From: Nemertoderma westbladi
Taxonomy: Eukaryota > Animalia > Xenacoelomorpha
Reading direction: 5' to 3'
Length of the DNA stretch: 64,000 nucleotides
Assembly (NCBI GenBank): GCA_032718475.1
Contig: JAUCBJ010001861.1
Coordinates: 124,001 to 188,000, forward strand
Under the pieces are notes generated by a model. It worked only from the letters and a program-made list of their open reading frames with translations, did not search any database and was not told the origin of the DNA. The translations under genes and the position numbers were made by a program. Position 1 is the first letter of the stretch, and every line of letters starts with the position of its first letter. This document shows positions 12,751 to 24,600 of the stretch, piece after piece.

Positions 12751-13215
12751 GTATGAAGCCTTTTATATTACTAAAAACGTGAATACTAGAGGAAGCCTTA
12801 TAACGAACCTGCCTATTAATAGACCAGGGTAGTTCTTGTCAAGAGTTGAGCCGTTCAAAAACACGATGTGGTTATCTGTGTATGTGTGTATAACCATCCA
12901 ATATCTCAAAAACTCAAGCAGGTACGCAAACATTTTAATAACAAACTCTACATAAATTTTGGTCGCCCACAAGACTGTATATTATTTGTGGCGTTTCGAT
13001 CACGGGTTCACTGAAAAAGTTTGTCGAAATTTAAAGTCGAATTTCGCCGATTCCAACTCATCGAGTATGCACCAACTTTTTTATTTGGGTTATTCAGTCA
13101 CTTGAGTAACATATTTGAGCTTCAGAATCTTCCCAAATATCGCTAATCTCGCACAGACGTCGCCAAAATTTTTTAGTCCGGCAAAAAACGCACTAATTCG
13201 TCTAAAAGAGTAAAT

Positions 13216-14335
13216 TGTTGGTTGCAGAATCATATGATTCAACTAGAAAAGCAGGCAAGCTGGCTATAAGGAGACCGTCCATAGACAAACGTAGTGTTTG
13301 TTGGGTCCCACCTATTGTCCAATTAATAGGCAGGTTCGTTATAAAACATTTGAACGGCCCAGTGCTTACAATTCAATCAGCATAGCAAGCATTGTGGCGA
13401 ACTGGGCGTTGGAGATGCAGAGTCCTTCGATTTTAGAATCCCAGTTGCCGAAGGGAGTGCAACTGTGTGTCGGCTCCCAAAGTAGAGGTAGAAGAGATTT
13501 CTTAAGGTGAAGGTGGAAAAAGTTGATTTTGAGTACAAGCGATAACTGAGTTTATTTTTAATAATTCGATGAATAATAAGGAAATAGAAGAGGAAACAAT
13601 TAAATCACTAAACTTTGAAGCGGAGGTTTGCACATGCAAAGGGTTGTTGACTTGGAAGTGAGGAAAAAGTGGCGAGCAGCTCCTTAAATACCTTCCCAGG
13701 AAGCGTCCTGATTGGGTAGCCAAGGAGACTGCTGAGTGGCCAGTTAGTTACGTTTCGATCCTAAGAGGGCCTGCCAACCTTCCCGCTAGAGGGAGGTTGG
13801 ACAGAGTGCTGCAAGACAGCAGATTACGTTTCGATCCCAAAAATGGGTACAGATAAATTAGAAATTTCGGTCGACAACCTGGCGATTATTTACACTCCCC
13901 TCCTATTTTGATCGCTCAAAATAGGACGATAAATAATCACAGAAAATACAAGAAATAACAAATAGTAGGAAAGCCAATTTTAAACTAGTGCATACAGACA
14001 CTCAAATAATTAAGTAATCATTACACATCAATACAAGTAAGATAAAGTAACATAAAGCAATATACTAATATAAATTCCATACGGAATATAAGACCAGCAT
14101 AGAATAAAGTGAGACAGAGTAATAAGCTTTGAAATCGTACATAGACTTAGAGAGCGCAAGTCAGTCTATCTCGAGGGGAACAAGTCCGGCAGGGGGGCGC
14201 GAGGATACGTGGCCATTGACCCGGACATCCGCTGTACGTCCTCCAGGGTGGACCCGAACAACATTCCCAAGGGGCCAGCTCGATCGCGGCTTGAGGGGGG
14301 AATCGATAATGACAATGACAGGTGTGTGGATTGTA
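13216..14335 (-). mobile_element. Truncated second BEL/Pao element: end of pol (DUF5641), PPT and 3' LTR
   Basis: Minus ORF 14161-14376 gives VIIDSPLKPRSSWPLGNVVRVHPG..ADVR..RP..LVPL. PPT AGGAGGGGAG (13895-13904) abuts TGTAA at 13894. The distal LTR end near 13216 is approximate. Confidence 0.75.
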
Positions 14336-14924
14336 TGCATTGTCGCGTCCATGGGCTGCTGGGCTATCGCTGGCATATATTAGGCCAAAGACCGTTGAAA
14401 ACGACAGGGTTAAATTGTCAGTATTAATAATCACAGTAATTGATAATAGCACAGTCTGAATATAATAATATGCAATACAACGGTCAGTAACGACGACGAT
14501 GGTTGAAACTATTCCGGTCTCACAACTGTAAGGAAATCAACTAAACTAATAATCAGTAATCATAACGGTTATATCATTGACACATATTACATTAGCCCTA
14601 CACTACTGGGCGGCCTTAATATCCAATAGATGCGCTCTTGTCCTCCCCAATAATGTGCTTTCCTGCCCACTATTGGCTTAACCTGATTAATTCTCACCTC
14701 GCCACTCCCTGTTGGCGTTGTCCCTTGGTGCTAGCCTTACTAGCTTGTTTGTCCCTCTGAGGTGGTTTGACCTCTCACCTCTCTCTGTGGATTGCGGCGT
14801 GTATCGCCCCAGTTGGTTATGAGGTGAGATTATTATTGGTAATCTCACATCGCCAACTATATTGGTAAAATGCCACTATTCCCATTTTCGGTGGGTAATG
14901 CACGGAATTGAATCCGCCTACATT

Positions 14925-15670
14925 CACTAAGCGGACCTAATAACTAGCGGTCTCGCTAAGTGGACCTAATAACTTCTTGCTAAGCGGACCTAATAACTAG
15001 AGGTCTCGCTAAGCGGACCTAATAACTAGAGCTCTCCCTAAGCAAACCTAATAACTAGAGGTCTCACTACGCAGACCTAATACATAGATGTATCGCTACG
15101 TGGACCCAATGACTAGAGGTCTCACTATGTGGACCTAATAACTAGAGGTCTCCCTACACAAACTTAATAACTCGAGGTCTCCCTAAGCAAACCTAATAAC
15201 TAGAGGTCTCACTACGCAGACCTAATACATAGATGTATCGCTACGTGGACCCAATGACTAGAGGTCTCACTATGTGGACCTAATAACTAGAGGTCTCCCT
15301 ACACAAACTTAATAACTCGAGGTCTCCCTACACAAACCTAATAACTAGAGGTCTCACTACGCAGACCTAATAAATAGACGTCTCGCTAAGAGGACCTAAT
15401 AACTAGAGGTCTCGCTACGCAAACCTAATAACTAGAGGTCTCGCTAAGCGGACCTAATAACTTCTCGCTAAGCAGACCTAATAACTTCTCGCTATGCGGA
15501 CCTAATAACTCAAGGTCTCCCTACACAAACCTAATAACTAGACGTCTCGCTAAGAGGACCTAATAACTAGAGGCCTCGCTACGCAAACCCAATAATTAGT
15601 GGTCTCGCTAAGCGGACCTAATGACTTCTCACTAAGCGGACCTAATAACTAGATGTATCGCTACGTGGAG
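14925..15670. repeat. Minisatellite with a 29-bp unit (AATAACTAGAGGTCTCGCTAAGCGGACCT) and shorter variants
   Basis: About 25 diverged tandem copies, read directly. Confidence 0.95.
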
Positions 15671-15977
15671 TAAGTTTTAGACTGCAAATCAATAATATAA
15701 ATGCAGACGCACTCAGCCAACCTGCAAGTAAAGTAGTTTAACTTCTGAATAAATTTTCAATTTTTCACAATTATTATTGGGCGAGACGGGGACCAATTCC
15801 CTAAATTCGTAGACCTATAATCCATAATTTGAGGTCAAAATTTCACATGCAAAACATTTATATATATTTGTATTCCAAAATTGTAACATTACTCAACGCC
15901 GTTAGTATTAACAGCTAGTTGTTATTTAGCACTTCAACTTTAGAGGACATTACAGCATTGTATTGGCCTGTACATTT

Positions 15978-16230
15978 AGCAGCAGCTTGGTCTAGTGGTG
16001 ACATTAATGTGCATTCGATCAGGGAGCCCGGATTCGATCCCTATATGGGGCAGCACTGTTTGGGCACAGTGCTTTAAATGCCTCAGCCTAGCCCAACCCC
16101 GGCTTTCATCCTTCAGTGGTCGATAAATGGGAACCACGGCAACTTGGGAAACAGAGTGGAAGGGTTTACTGTGGAAGATCACCCATGGTGGTGAAAAGGC
16201 ATTCCTTGGCTTAACGAGCTTAACAGATTC
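15978..16230 (+). mobile_element. tRNA-derived SINE with a Deu/Nin-like central domain
   Basis: A box TGGTCTAGTGG, B box GGATTCGATCC, then CCCAACCCCGGCTTTCATCCTTCAGTGGTCGATAAATG, which resembles the Deu/Nin core as I recall it. Confidence 0.65.
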
Positions 16231-17815
16231 TCCAATCCATTTAGTATTGTATTTGGTGTTATCAGTTAAGTAATGTCCCCTTTGTGGACATTACTTAATG
16301 CCGTCATTGGTTACCACGTAAACAATAGGTGGAAATTTGCATGACAGCCAGCTAGGCCTACTGCATTACCGACCGGTAGGCGGGGTATAGCTATTAATAA
16401 CCAGTAGCTATATTATTAACATGGCTCCAAACGCCACCATACATCTAACTTATTTATAATGAAATGTATGTCATTTTTACATTTATTTATACAGCAACTA
16501 ATTTAATTTCTGCAGTTTCTATCACTTATAATATATGTATAATAATTTCGTAATGTTAAAATTTTGGAATAAAACTACATACATACTTGTTGCAAAGTAC
16601 TTTACAGTGTTCTGATCCTCGTGGCTTTATTTTCACTCACTCACTAACTTTCGTTCGTGTAACCCATGGTGTAACAAAGCCACTCGCATCATCACACTGT
16701 AAAGTGCTACTTTACACACAAGTATGTAAATAGTTAATTACGTAAATAATAACTAATGGCATAAAATGTAATTCCATAACTGAATTTATATTATTCTCCT
16801 GCCAGGGCAGTATGCATGATGTTGAGTAAGTAATAATAGGAATTTATCGCATTCTTCAAATGTTTGCCTTAGTTTGGTTTGCCTTTGCATTAATTATTCA
16901 GTCTAGACAAAATATACTGCTTATACTGTAGACACTATCATTGTAGGTAGGTATAGGTTTCATTTGTATAGTGTTGTGTTAACGTTTGGTCGAATTTGGC
17001 AGTACTCATAGTAGACCTAATTAATCTCTTTATATAAAAATTAAATGTCTTGTCACAGGTTATACGCTGGAACATAAAATCTCTACGAAATCTCCCTTAC
17101 AGTAGCTTGTTAGCACGCTCTCACTCGCACAGCATACACATCTCGAACTGGGTGCTGCTAATAAACTATCGGGATAATTGATAAATTACTGTAATTGAGC
17201 AATTAGCGAATTAGGTTTGATCAAACCCCAAAAAGACGCATCCCAAAGTCTAGTGCATACGGTTGTGAACAGAGGGGGCGGAGGGAGGTCAAGAAGGAGG
17301 GGGGTAATTCAGCTGGGCGCAGAGTACTAAGGGGGCGCAAAAATTTAATGAAATAAATAAAATAATGCGTTTTTGTACTCAAACTGGAAATTTTATTGAA
17401 ATTCATTCATTTCTTAATGATAAACTTGTGGCATAACGTAGAAACTCTACCGGTACAGTCAAACAGTACGTAACTCTATTCTTGAAATACCGTGCACACA
17501 AAGTACAGATGAATGGGATATTATTTACATTCTGTATATTCCACACCTGGCAGAGACTTAGGAACCGGGGGCCAAAGGATGGCACGGTACCCCCACATTA
17601 ACCACCAAAATTTAGATATTGAAACATTACCTACTGTTCCCGACAGGACTGGTAGTGCTGTGTAGTGTTATCTCCCATATAAAAAATTGTACAAAACAGC
17701 CCGTAATATCACTTGAGATGATAACCTGATGTAGGGAAAATAATTGATGGGGGGGGGGGGGGGGGTGATTTTAGTTCGATTTCACCCTGGGCGCTGCACA
17801 CCATCAGTCCTTTTG

Positions 17816-17943
17816 ATAACTTTTGTTGGGCACAGCTTTGCAAAGTCGGCAATGACGTCCAGGTGGGATCGAAAAGGTAACCTCCGGGTTGGAAGTCTGA
17901 CGATCATTGCCAACTTTGCAAAGCTGTGCCCAACAAAAGTTAT
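17816..17943. repeat. Miniature foldback: about 39-bp inverted arms around a partial tRNA-like head
   Basis: ATAACTTTTGTTGGGCACAGCTTTGCAAAGTCGGCAATGA ... TCATTGCCAACTTTGCAAAGCTGTGCCCAACAAAAGTTAT. Confidence 0.85.
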
Positions 17944-18119
17944 AATATGAAACCACTCATTCACCCAATACACCAATAATAAATTATAAAACTATACCGG
18001 TCGCAATTCTCTATGGGTGAAACTGACCTACCTAAAATAGTAGCTAGAGTGTATAATTTTCATCAATGGCCGTGATGGTTCATGGTTAATATACACTACC
18101 CTTTCATTGTAGTGAGTGG

Positions 18120-18905
18120 TTGAAGACGGCCAAGTGCGATAGGGTTGAGCACAGAGGCAGCATACTGTATGATGGTTTCTGGACTTTTAGCCTTTCTGTG
18201 GTTATTCTTACACTTTCGCTCGGTAGAGGTAAATCCAATTACCTCGGTATTGCCAAGTCGTTTATCTTTTACTCCCAAACGCTGGGGTTATTGATGGCCA
18301 GCAACTTATCTGTCGTAATACCGGGCTACGACGCTATTACATCCGCTGCAAGATCGCTGTCCTTCAGATTTAGAGGTCTCCAATGCTTTCTACAGAATTT
18401 ACAGAGCGAATCAACAAAAATTTCGTTGTTAGTTTCACTGCCTTACATCGCAATTGGGATATTGCTTGTTTTTTTTATACTGTTTGTCATTTGTAAGCGA
18501 TATTTGATCCCCGCAAGCCTACAGATGCCCAGCATCGCATATGGAATAAAAGATCACTATCCTTTGTATTCCAACAAATATTGTATCCCCATAATCAACG
18601 CGCTCACTGACAGTGAATTATTACTATTACACAATCTTGGGGGTTTAGTTTTGTCCATGTCTGGAATGGTGTCTTTTCCAATCGCTTTGAGGGGACTGAA
18701 GGGAATTCACCCAGCTGTATTGAGAAACTCTACTGGTTCGAACGACTACTATATGAAGCATTACCCCTCCATTCGCACGGGTACCTGGGAACATTATGCC
18801 ATACTTGTTCCATCTGAGATATGTTGCGTACATTGGCATCTATTCATCTTAATAACTTGGCGATTGATTCGTGTCTACAAGGCCAAATACAACCATATCA
18901 AGTAA
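18120..18905 (+). pseudogene. Fragment of a multi-pass membrane protein gene whose 5' end is fused to a repeat
   Basis: 261-codon ORF with several hydrophobic helices (FSLSVVILTLSL, YIAIGILLVFFILFVIC) and the motifs KSFIFYSQ, GLQCF and YYMKHYPSI...EHY. The first ~18 codons come from the repeat at 17971-18175. Confidence 0.55.
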
Positions 18906-19160
18906 GTACACACATACGGTGAGTGCTCACCATTGTATGCACTTACCACAATATACTATTATGTGAATCGTTGTTGTGAATCGTAAAATCTTTTGTGAAC
19001 AGTGATCAGGTGTTTCCCGCATTATCACTGCAGGAATATTAGCCAGATCGTGCGGGCAAAATAATTGTTTCATTAGGTAGTTTACAGTCTCAACTGTGTA
19101 TTCACAGCTAGTCTCAAACGTGTAATTAGTTATATGTATATTAACACCAACATACAACAT

Positions 19161-19944
19161 ATTATTATAACTTTTCGTAGGGCACAGCTTTTGCAAAGTC
19201 GGCAATGATGCCCAGGTGGGATCGAACTATTGACCTCCGGGTTGGAAGTCTGACGCTTAACCATTCAGCTAGCGCCTCTTGTAAAATATAGACCTGTGGA
19301 AATTCTATTTGAAACCTTGTATGTCCGCAAATTACCTCCTCATGGCCTCCCATCTGTCAATACCATCATATGCTGCCTCTGTGCTCAACTCTACTGTACT
19401 TGGCCGTCTTTAACCACTCGCTACAATGAAAGGGTAGTGTATATTAACCATGAACCATCACGGCCACAATGATTAATTATACACTCTAGCTACTAATTTA
19501 GGTAGGACAGTTACACCCATAGGGAAATGCGGCCGGTATTATAATAAATTTATTATTGGTGTTATACCGGTCGCATTTCCCTATGCTATGTGTGTAAATG
19601 TCCTGCCAAAATTAGTAGATAGAGTGTATAATTAATCATTGTGGCCGTGATGGTTCATGGTTAATATACACTACCCTTTCATTGTAGCGAGTGGTTAACG
19701 ACGGCCAAGTGCGGTAGGGTTGAGCACAGTGGCAGCAGATGATGGCATTGACAGATGGGAGGCCATGACGAGGTAAATTGCCGACACACAAGGTATCAGG
19801 TAGTATTTCCAGGTCTACCTTTTACCTGAGCCGCTAGCTGAATGGTTAGAGCGTCAGACTTCCGACTCGGAGGTCACCAGTTCGATCCCACCTGGACGTC
19901 ATTGCCGACTTTGCAAAGCTGTGCCCAACAAAAGTCATAATAAT
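19161..19944. mobile_element. Foldback element with ~380-bp inverted arms, each ending in an outward-facing tRNA-derived segment
   Basis: 19161-19540 is the reverse complement of 19563-19944. Right arm has A box TAGCTGAATGG (~19834) and B box AGTTCGATCC (~19880). Confidence 0.8.
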
Positions 19945-21651
19945 ATTATAGGCACGAGGTCCGAGGCAAGACTGTAATGACATCATGTAAGCATAAAGTA
20001 AGTAATCGTTAACATCTCAAGAAGTTCACTCGTATTCCCACCCTAACCATACTCTACTAAAAGCTCCACAGATTCCATTTATGCAGATGGGAGGCTAGCG
20101 AACAATTTAAAAAAATGGATGTAAAAAGAGCGACTCGCGTGTCCATATGCCGTACCTATGAATAAAGAGTATACCAGTCGACTTGGTGTGTATACAAGTA
20201 CACTTTCCTCTGTGGTTCGAAAGAACAGGTGACGGGGAGGGGTCTGGTTTAATGAGGGTATCCATTGTTGAAAGAGCAAGCCATGCCATTATGGATGGAG
20301 CCAAATGCTTTATTGAAGTCCATAAAGGATAGAATTGCAGGAAGGTTCTATGATTTAATATATTACACCAATCTTCGTAGAAAAGGTAAAAAAACTACAA
20401 ACAAAATTTGCGATGTGGCTGGACGGGATTGCATAGGTCTTGTTTGTATAGAGCTGTCGTTTGTGTCGAAGATTGCGGGAAGATATCCCATATTATTAAA
20501 TCTGGCTTTCCAAAAAGAAACAGTATAACAGTAACACTGAATGTGCTCCAGAAATAACTCGAAAAAATTATATAAAACCTAATTTACATAGCGTAATTCT
20601 CATAAAGCTTCCATAAGCTGTGAGCCTAACCACAGCAATCTGGCCATGCAATACCTATGGTCCTCAATCAAAACCGTATAGGCCTATATTACATGTTGTA
20701 TACAATCAAACCGTAAGGCATAAATTGCCTTACCATTGGACATAATCATAATTCTCCTTTAAGGGATGCCGCCGACGGGGCAAGCGTCATTAGATAGTGT
20801 GGCAGGCAGATTAGCAAGCTACTCGAAACATTTATTATACGGCTTCCAATAAATATGTTTGGACAGTGTGGACAAGGAGCGTGTATGAGAGCGATGTAAT
20901 TAACCAAACAGTAAAGCCAATGAGCTTTTAGGAAACCTGCAAACCATAACGCACAAACAAAGCGATGTTGGTATGATATGAAGAGTTTGTCCCAACCCCC
21001 ACATCCGCCATTCAATAGAGCCAGGACAATTTGCCAGAAACCCAAATCCTTATGCAATAAAGCAATATCCGCGGCTTATAAATTCCTTACCCCGAGGTAG
21101 AAGAACCCTGGTGGGTTTATTTAATGAATGAATGTTAGGTCCGCATATCCTTCCCTGGCGGTAATATATTATTCCTCTGTTATTCTAATGTAATTTCCAG
21201 GACGCCCTGCCCTTTCGCCACAGTGCGTTCTACACGCATAGATACTGAATCCCAGTGGATAAAAATGACGGAGTGAGGCTCTGGATAGGCGAGGGCCTCG
21301 CAACGAGACTGTATGTATGGAGAGAACGGTAATCAGTGCTCCTAGTGTGAAAGAATTGAATAAAAAATATTCAATGTTAATTGAATAAAAGGTTATGGAT
21401 AGACGTTCTGCGAATCCTGTCGCATTAATATTTAATATCCAGTCCACTTGGCAGTTACCTCCTACCTATTCTGTATTGTTCATTGTGAATAAAGGGAGCA
21501 CGAAAATGTATTGAACTATGGAACACCGAGCTATAGTAGGTTGGTATTAGACGTTGATAGGTAACTTGATAGTTGATGAGCTCCAACAATGATAGCAATA
21601 CAGGTGTGGGGTGGTGCACTGGTGACGTTGCAGAGCAATAAAACAGGCCAG

Positions 21652-24600
21652 TTAATGGGAATATAGAAGGAAATAATGGCAAATATATAGGGGAATTAAT
21701 GGGAATGTAGAAGGAAATAACGGCAAATATAGGGGAATTAATGGGATTATAGAAGGAAATAACGGCAAATATATAGGGGAATTAATGGGAATGTAGAAGG
21801 AAATAACGTCAAATATATAGGGGAATTAATGGGATTATAGAAGGAAACAACGGCAAATATATAGGGGAATTAATGGGAATGTAGAAGGAAATAACGGCAA
21901 ATATATAGGGGAATTAATGGGAATGTAGAAGGAAATAACGGCAAATATATAGGGGAATTATTGGAAATGTAGAAGGAAACAAAGGCAAATATATAGGGGA
22001 ATTAATGGGAATGTAGAAAGAAATAACGGCAAATATATAGGGGAATTAATGGGAATGTAGAAGGAAATAACGGCAAATATATAGGGAAATTAATGGGAAT
22101 GTAGAAGGAAATAACGGCAAATATATAGGGGAATTAATGGGAATGTAGAAGGAAATAACGGCAAATATATAGGGAAATTAATGGGAATGTAGAAGGAAAT
22201 AACGTCAAATATATAGGGGAATTAATGGGAATGTAGAAGGAAATAACGGCAAATATATAGGGGAATTAATGGAAATGTAGAAGGAAACAAAGGCAAATAT
22301 ATAGGGGAATTAATGGGAATGTAGAAGGAAATAACGGCAAATATATAGGGAAATTAATGGGAATGTAGAAGGAAATAACGGCAAATATATAGGGGAATTA
22401 ATGGGAATGTAGAAGGAAATAACGGCAAATATATAGGGAAATTAATGGGAATGTAGAAGGAAATAACGTCAAATATATAGGGGAATTAATGGGAATGTAG
22501 AAGGAAATAACGGCAAATATATAGGGGAATTAATGGAAATGTAGAAGGAAACAAAGGCAAATATATAGGGGAATTAATGGGAATGTAGAAAGAAATAACG
22601 GCAAATATATAGGGGAATTAATGGGAATGTAGAAGGAAATAACGGCAAATATATAGGGAAATTAATGGGAATGTAGAAGGAAATAACGGCAAATATATAG
22701 GGGAATTAATGGGAATGTAGAAGGAAATAACGGCAAATATATAGGGGAATTAATGGGAATGTAGAAGGAAATAACGGCAAATATATAGGGGAATTAATGG
22801 GAATGTAGAAGGAAATAACGGCAAATATATAGGGGAATTAATGGGAATGTAGAAGGAAAGAACGGCAAATATATAGGGGAATTAATGGGAATGTAGAAGG
22901 AAATAACGGCAAATATATAGGGGAATTAATGGGATTATAGAAGGAAACAACGGCAAATATATAGGGGAATTAATGGGAATATAGAAGGAAATAACGGCAA
23001 ATATATAGGGGAATTAATGGGAATGTAGAAGGAAATAACGGCAAATATATAGGGGAATTAATGGGAATGTAGAAGGAAATAACGGCAAATATATAGGGGA
23101 ATTAATGGGAATGTAGAAGGAAATAACGTCAAATATATAGGGGAATTAATGGGAATGTAGAAGGAAATAACGGCAAATATATAGGGGAATTAATGGAAAT
23201 GTAGAAGGAAACAAAGGCAAATATATAGGGGAATTAATGGGAATGTAGAAAGAAATAACGGCAAATATATAGGGGAATTAATGGGAATGTAGAAGGAAAT
23301 AACGTCAAATATATAGGGGAATTAATGGGAATGTAGAAGGAAACAAAGGCAAATATATAAGGGAATTAATGGGAATGTAGAAGGAAATAACGGCAAATAT
23401 ATAGGGGAATTAATGGGAATGTAGAAGGAAATAACGTCAAATATATAGGGGAATTAATGGGAATGTAGAAGGAAACAAAGGCAAATATATAGGGGAATTA
23501 ATGGGAATGTAGAAAGAAATAACGGCAAATATATAGGGGAATTAATGGGAATGTAGAAGGAAACAAAGGCAAATATATAGGGGAATTAATGGGAATGTAG
23601 AAAGAAATAACGGCAAATATATAGGGGAATTAATGGGAATGTAGAAGGAAATAACGGCAAATATATAGGGAAATTAATGGGAATGTAGAAGGAAATAACG
23701 GCAAATATATAGGGGAATTAATGGGAATGTAGAAGGAAATAACGGCAAATATATAGGGGAATTAATGGGAATGTAGAAGGAAATAACGGCAAATATATAG
23801 GGGAATTAATGGGAATGTAGAAGGAAATAACGGCAAATATATAGGGGAATTAATGGGAATGTAGAAGGAAAGAACGGCAAATATATAGGGGAATTAATGG
23901 GAATGTAGAAGGAAATAACGGCAAATATATAGGGGAATTAATGGGATTATAGAAGGAAACAACGGCAAATATATAGGGGAATTAATGGGAATATAGAAGG
24001 AAATAACGGCAAATATATAGGGGAATTAATGGGAATGTAGAAGGAAATAACGGCAAATATATAGGGGAATTAATGGGAATGTAGAAGGAAATAACGGCAA
24101 ATATATAGGGGAATTAATGGGAATGTAGAAGGAAATAACGTCAAATATATAGGGGAATTAATGGGAATGTAGAAGGAAACAAAGGCAAATATATAGGGGA
24201 ATTAATGGGAATGTAGAAGGAAATAACGGCAAATATATAGGGGAATTAATGGGAATGTAGAAGGAAATAACGTCAAATATATAGGGGAATTAATGGGAAT
24301 GTAGAAGGAAACAAAGGCAAATATATAGGGGAATTAATGGGAATGTAGAAAGAAATAACGGCAAATATATAGGGGAATTAATGGGAATGTAGAAGGAAAC
24401 AAAGGCAAATATATAGGGGAATTAATGGGAATGTAGAAAGAAATAACGGCAAATATATAGGGGAATTAATGGGAATGTAGAAGGAAATAACGGCAAATAT
24501 ATAGGGAAATTAATGGGAATGTAGAAGGAAATAACGGCAAATATATAGGGGAATTAATGGAAATGTAGAAGGAAACAAAGGCAAATATATAGGGGAATTA

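Noticed and set aside
19828-19900. Functional tRNA gene
   Set aside because: A and B boxes are present, but the acceptor and anticodon stems do not pair well and the copies are diverged; treated as a tRNA-derived repeat.
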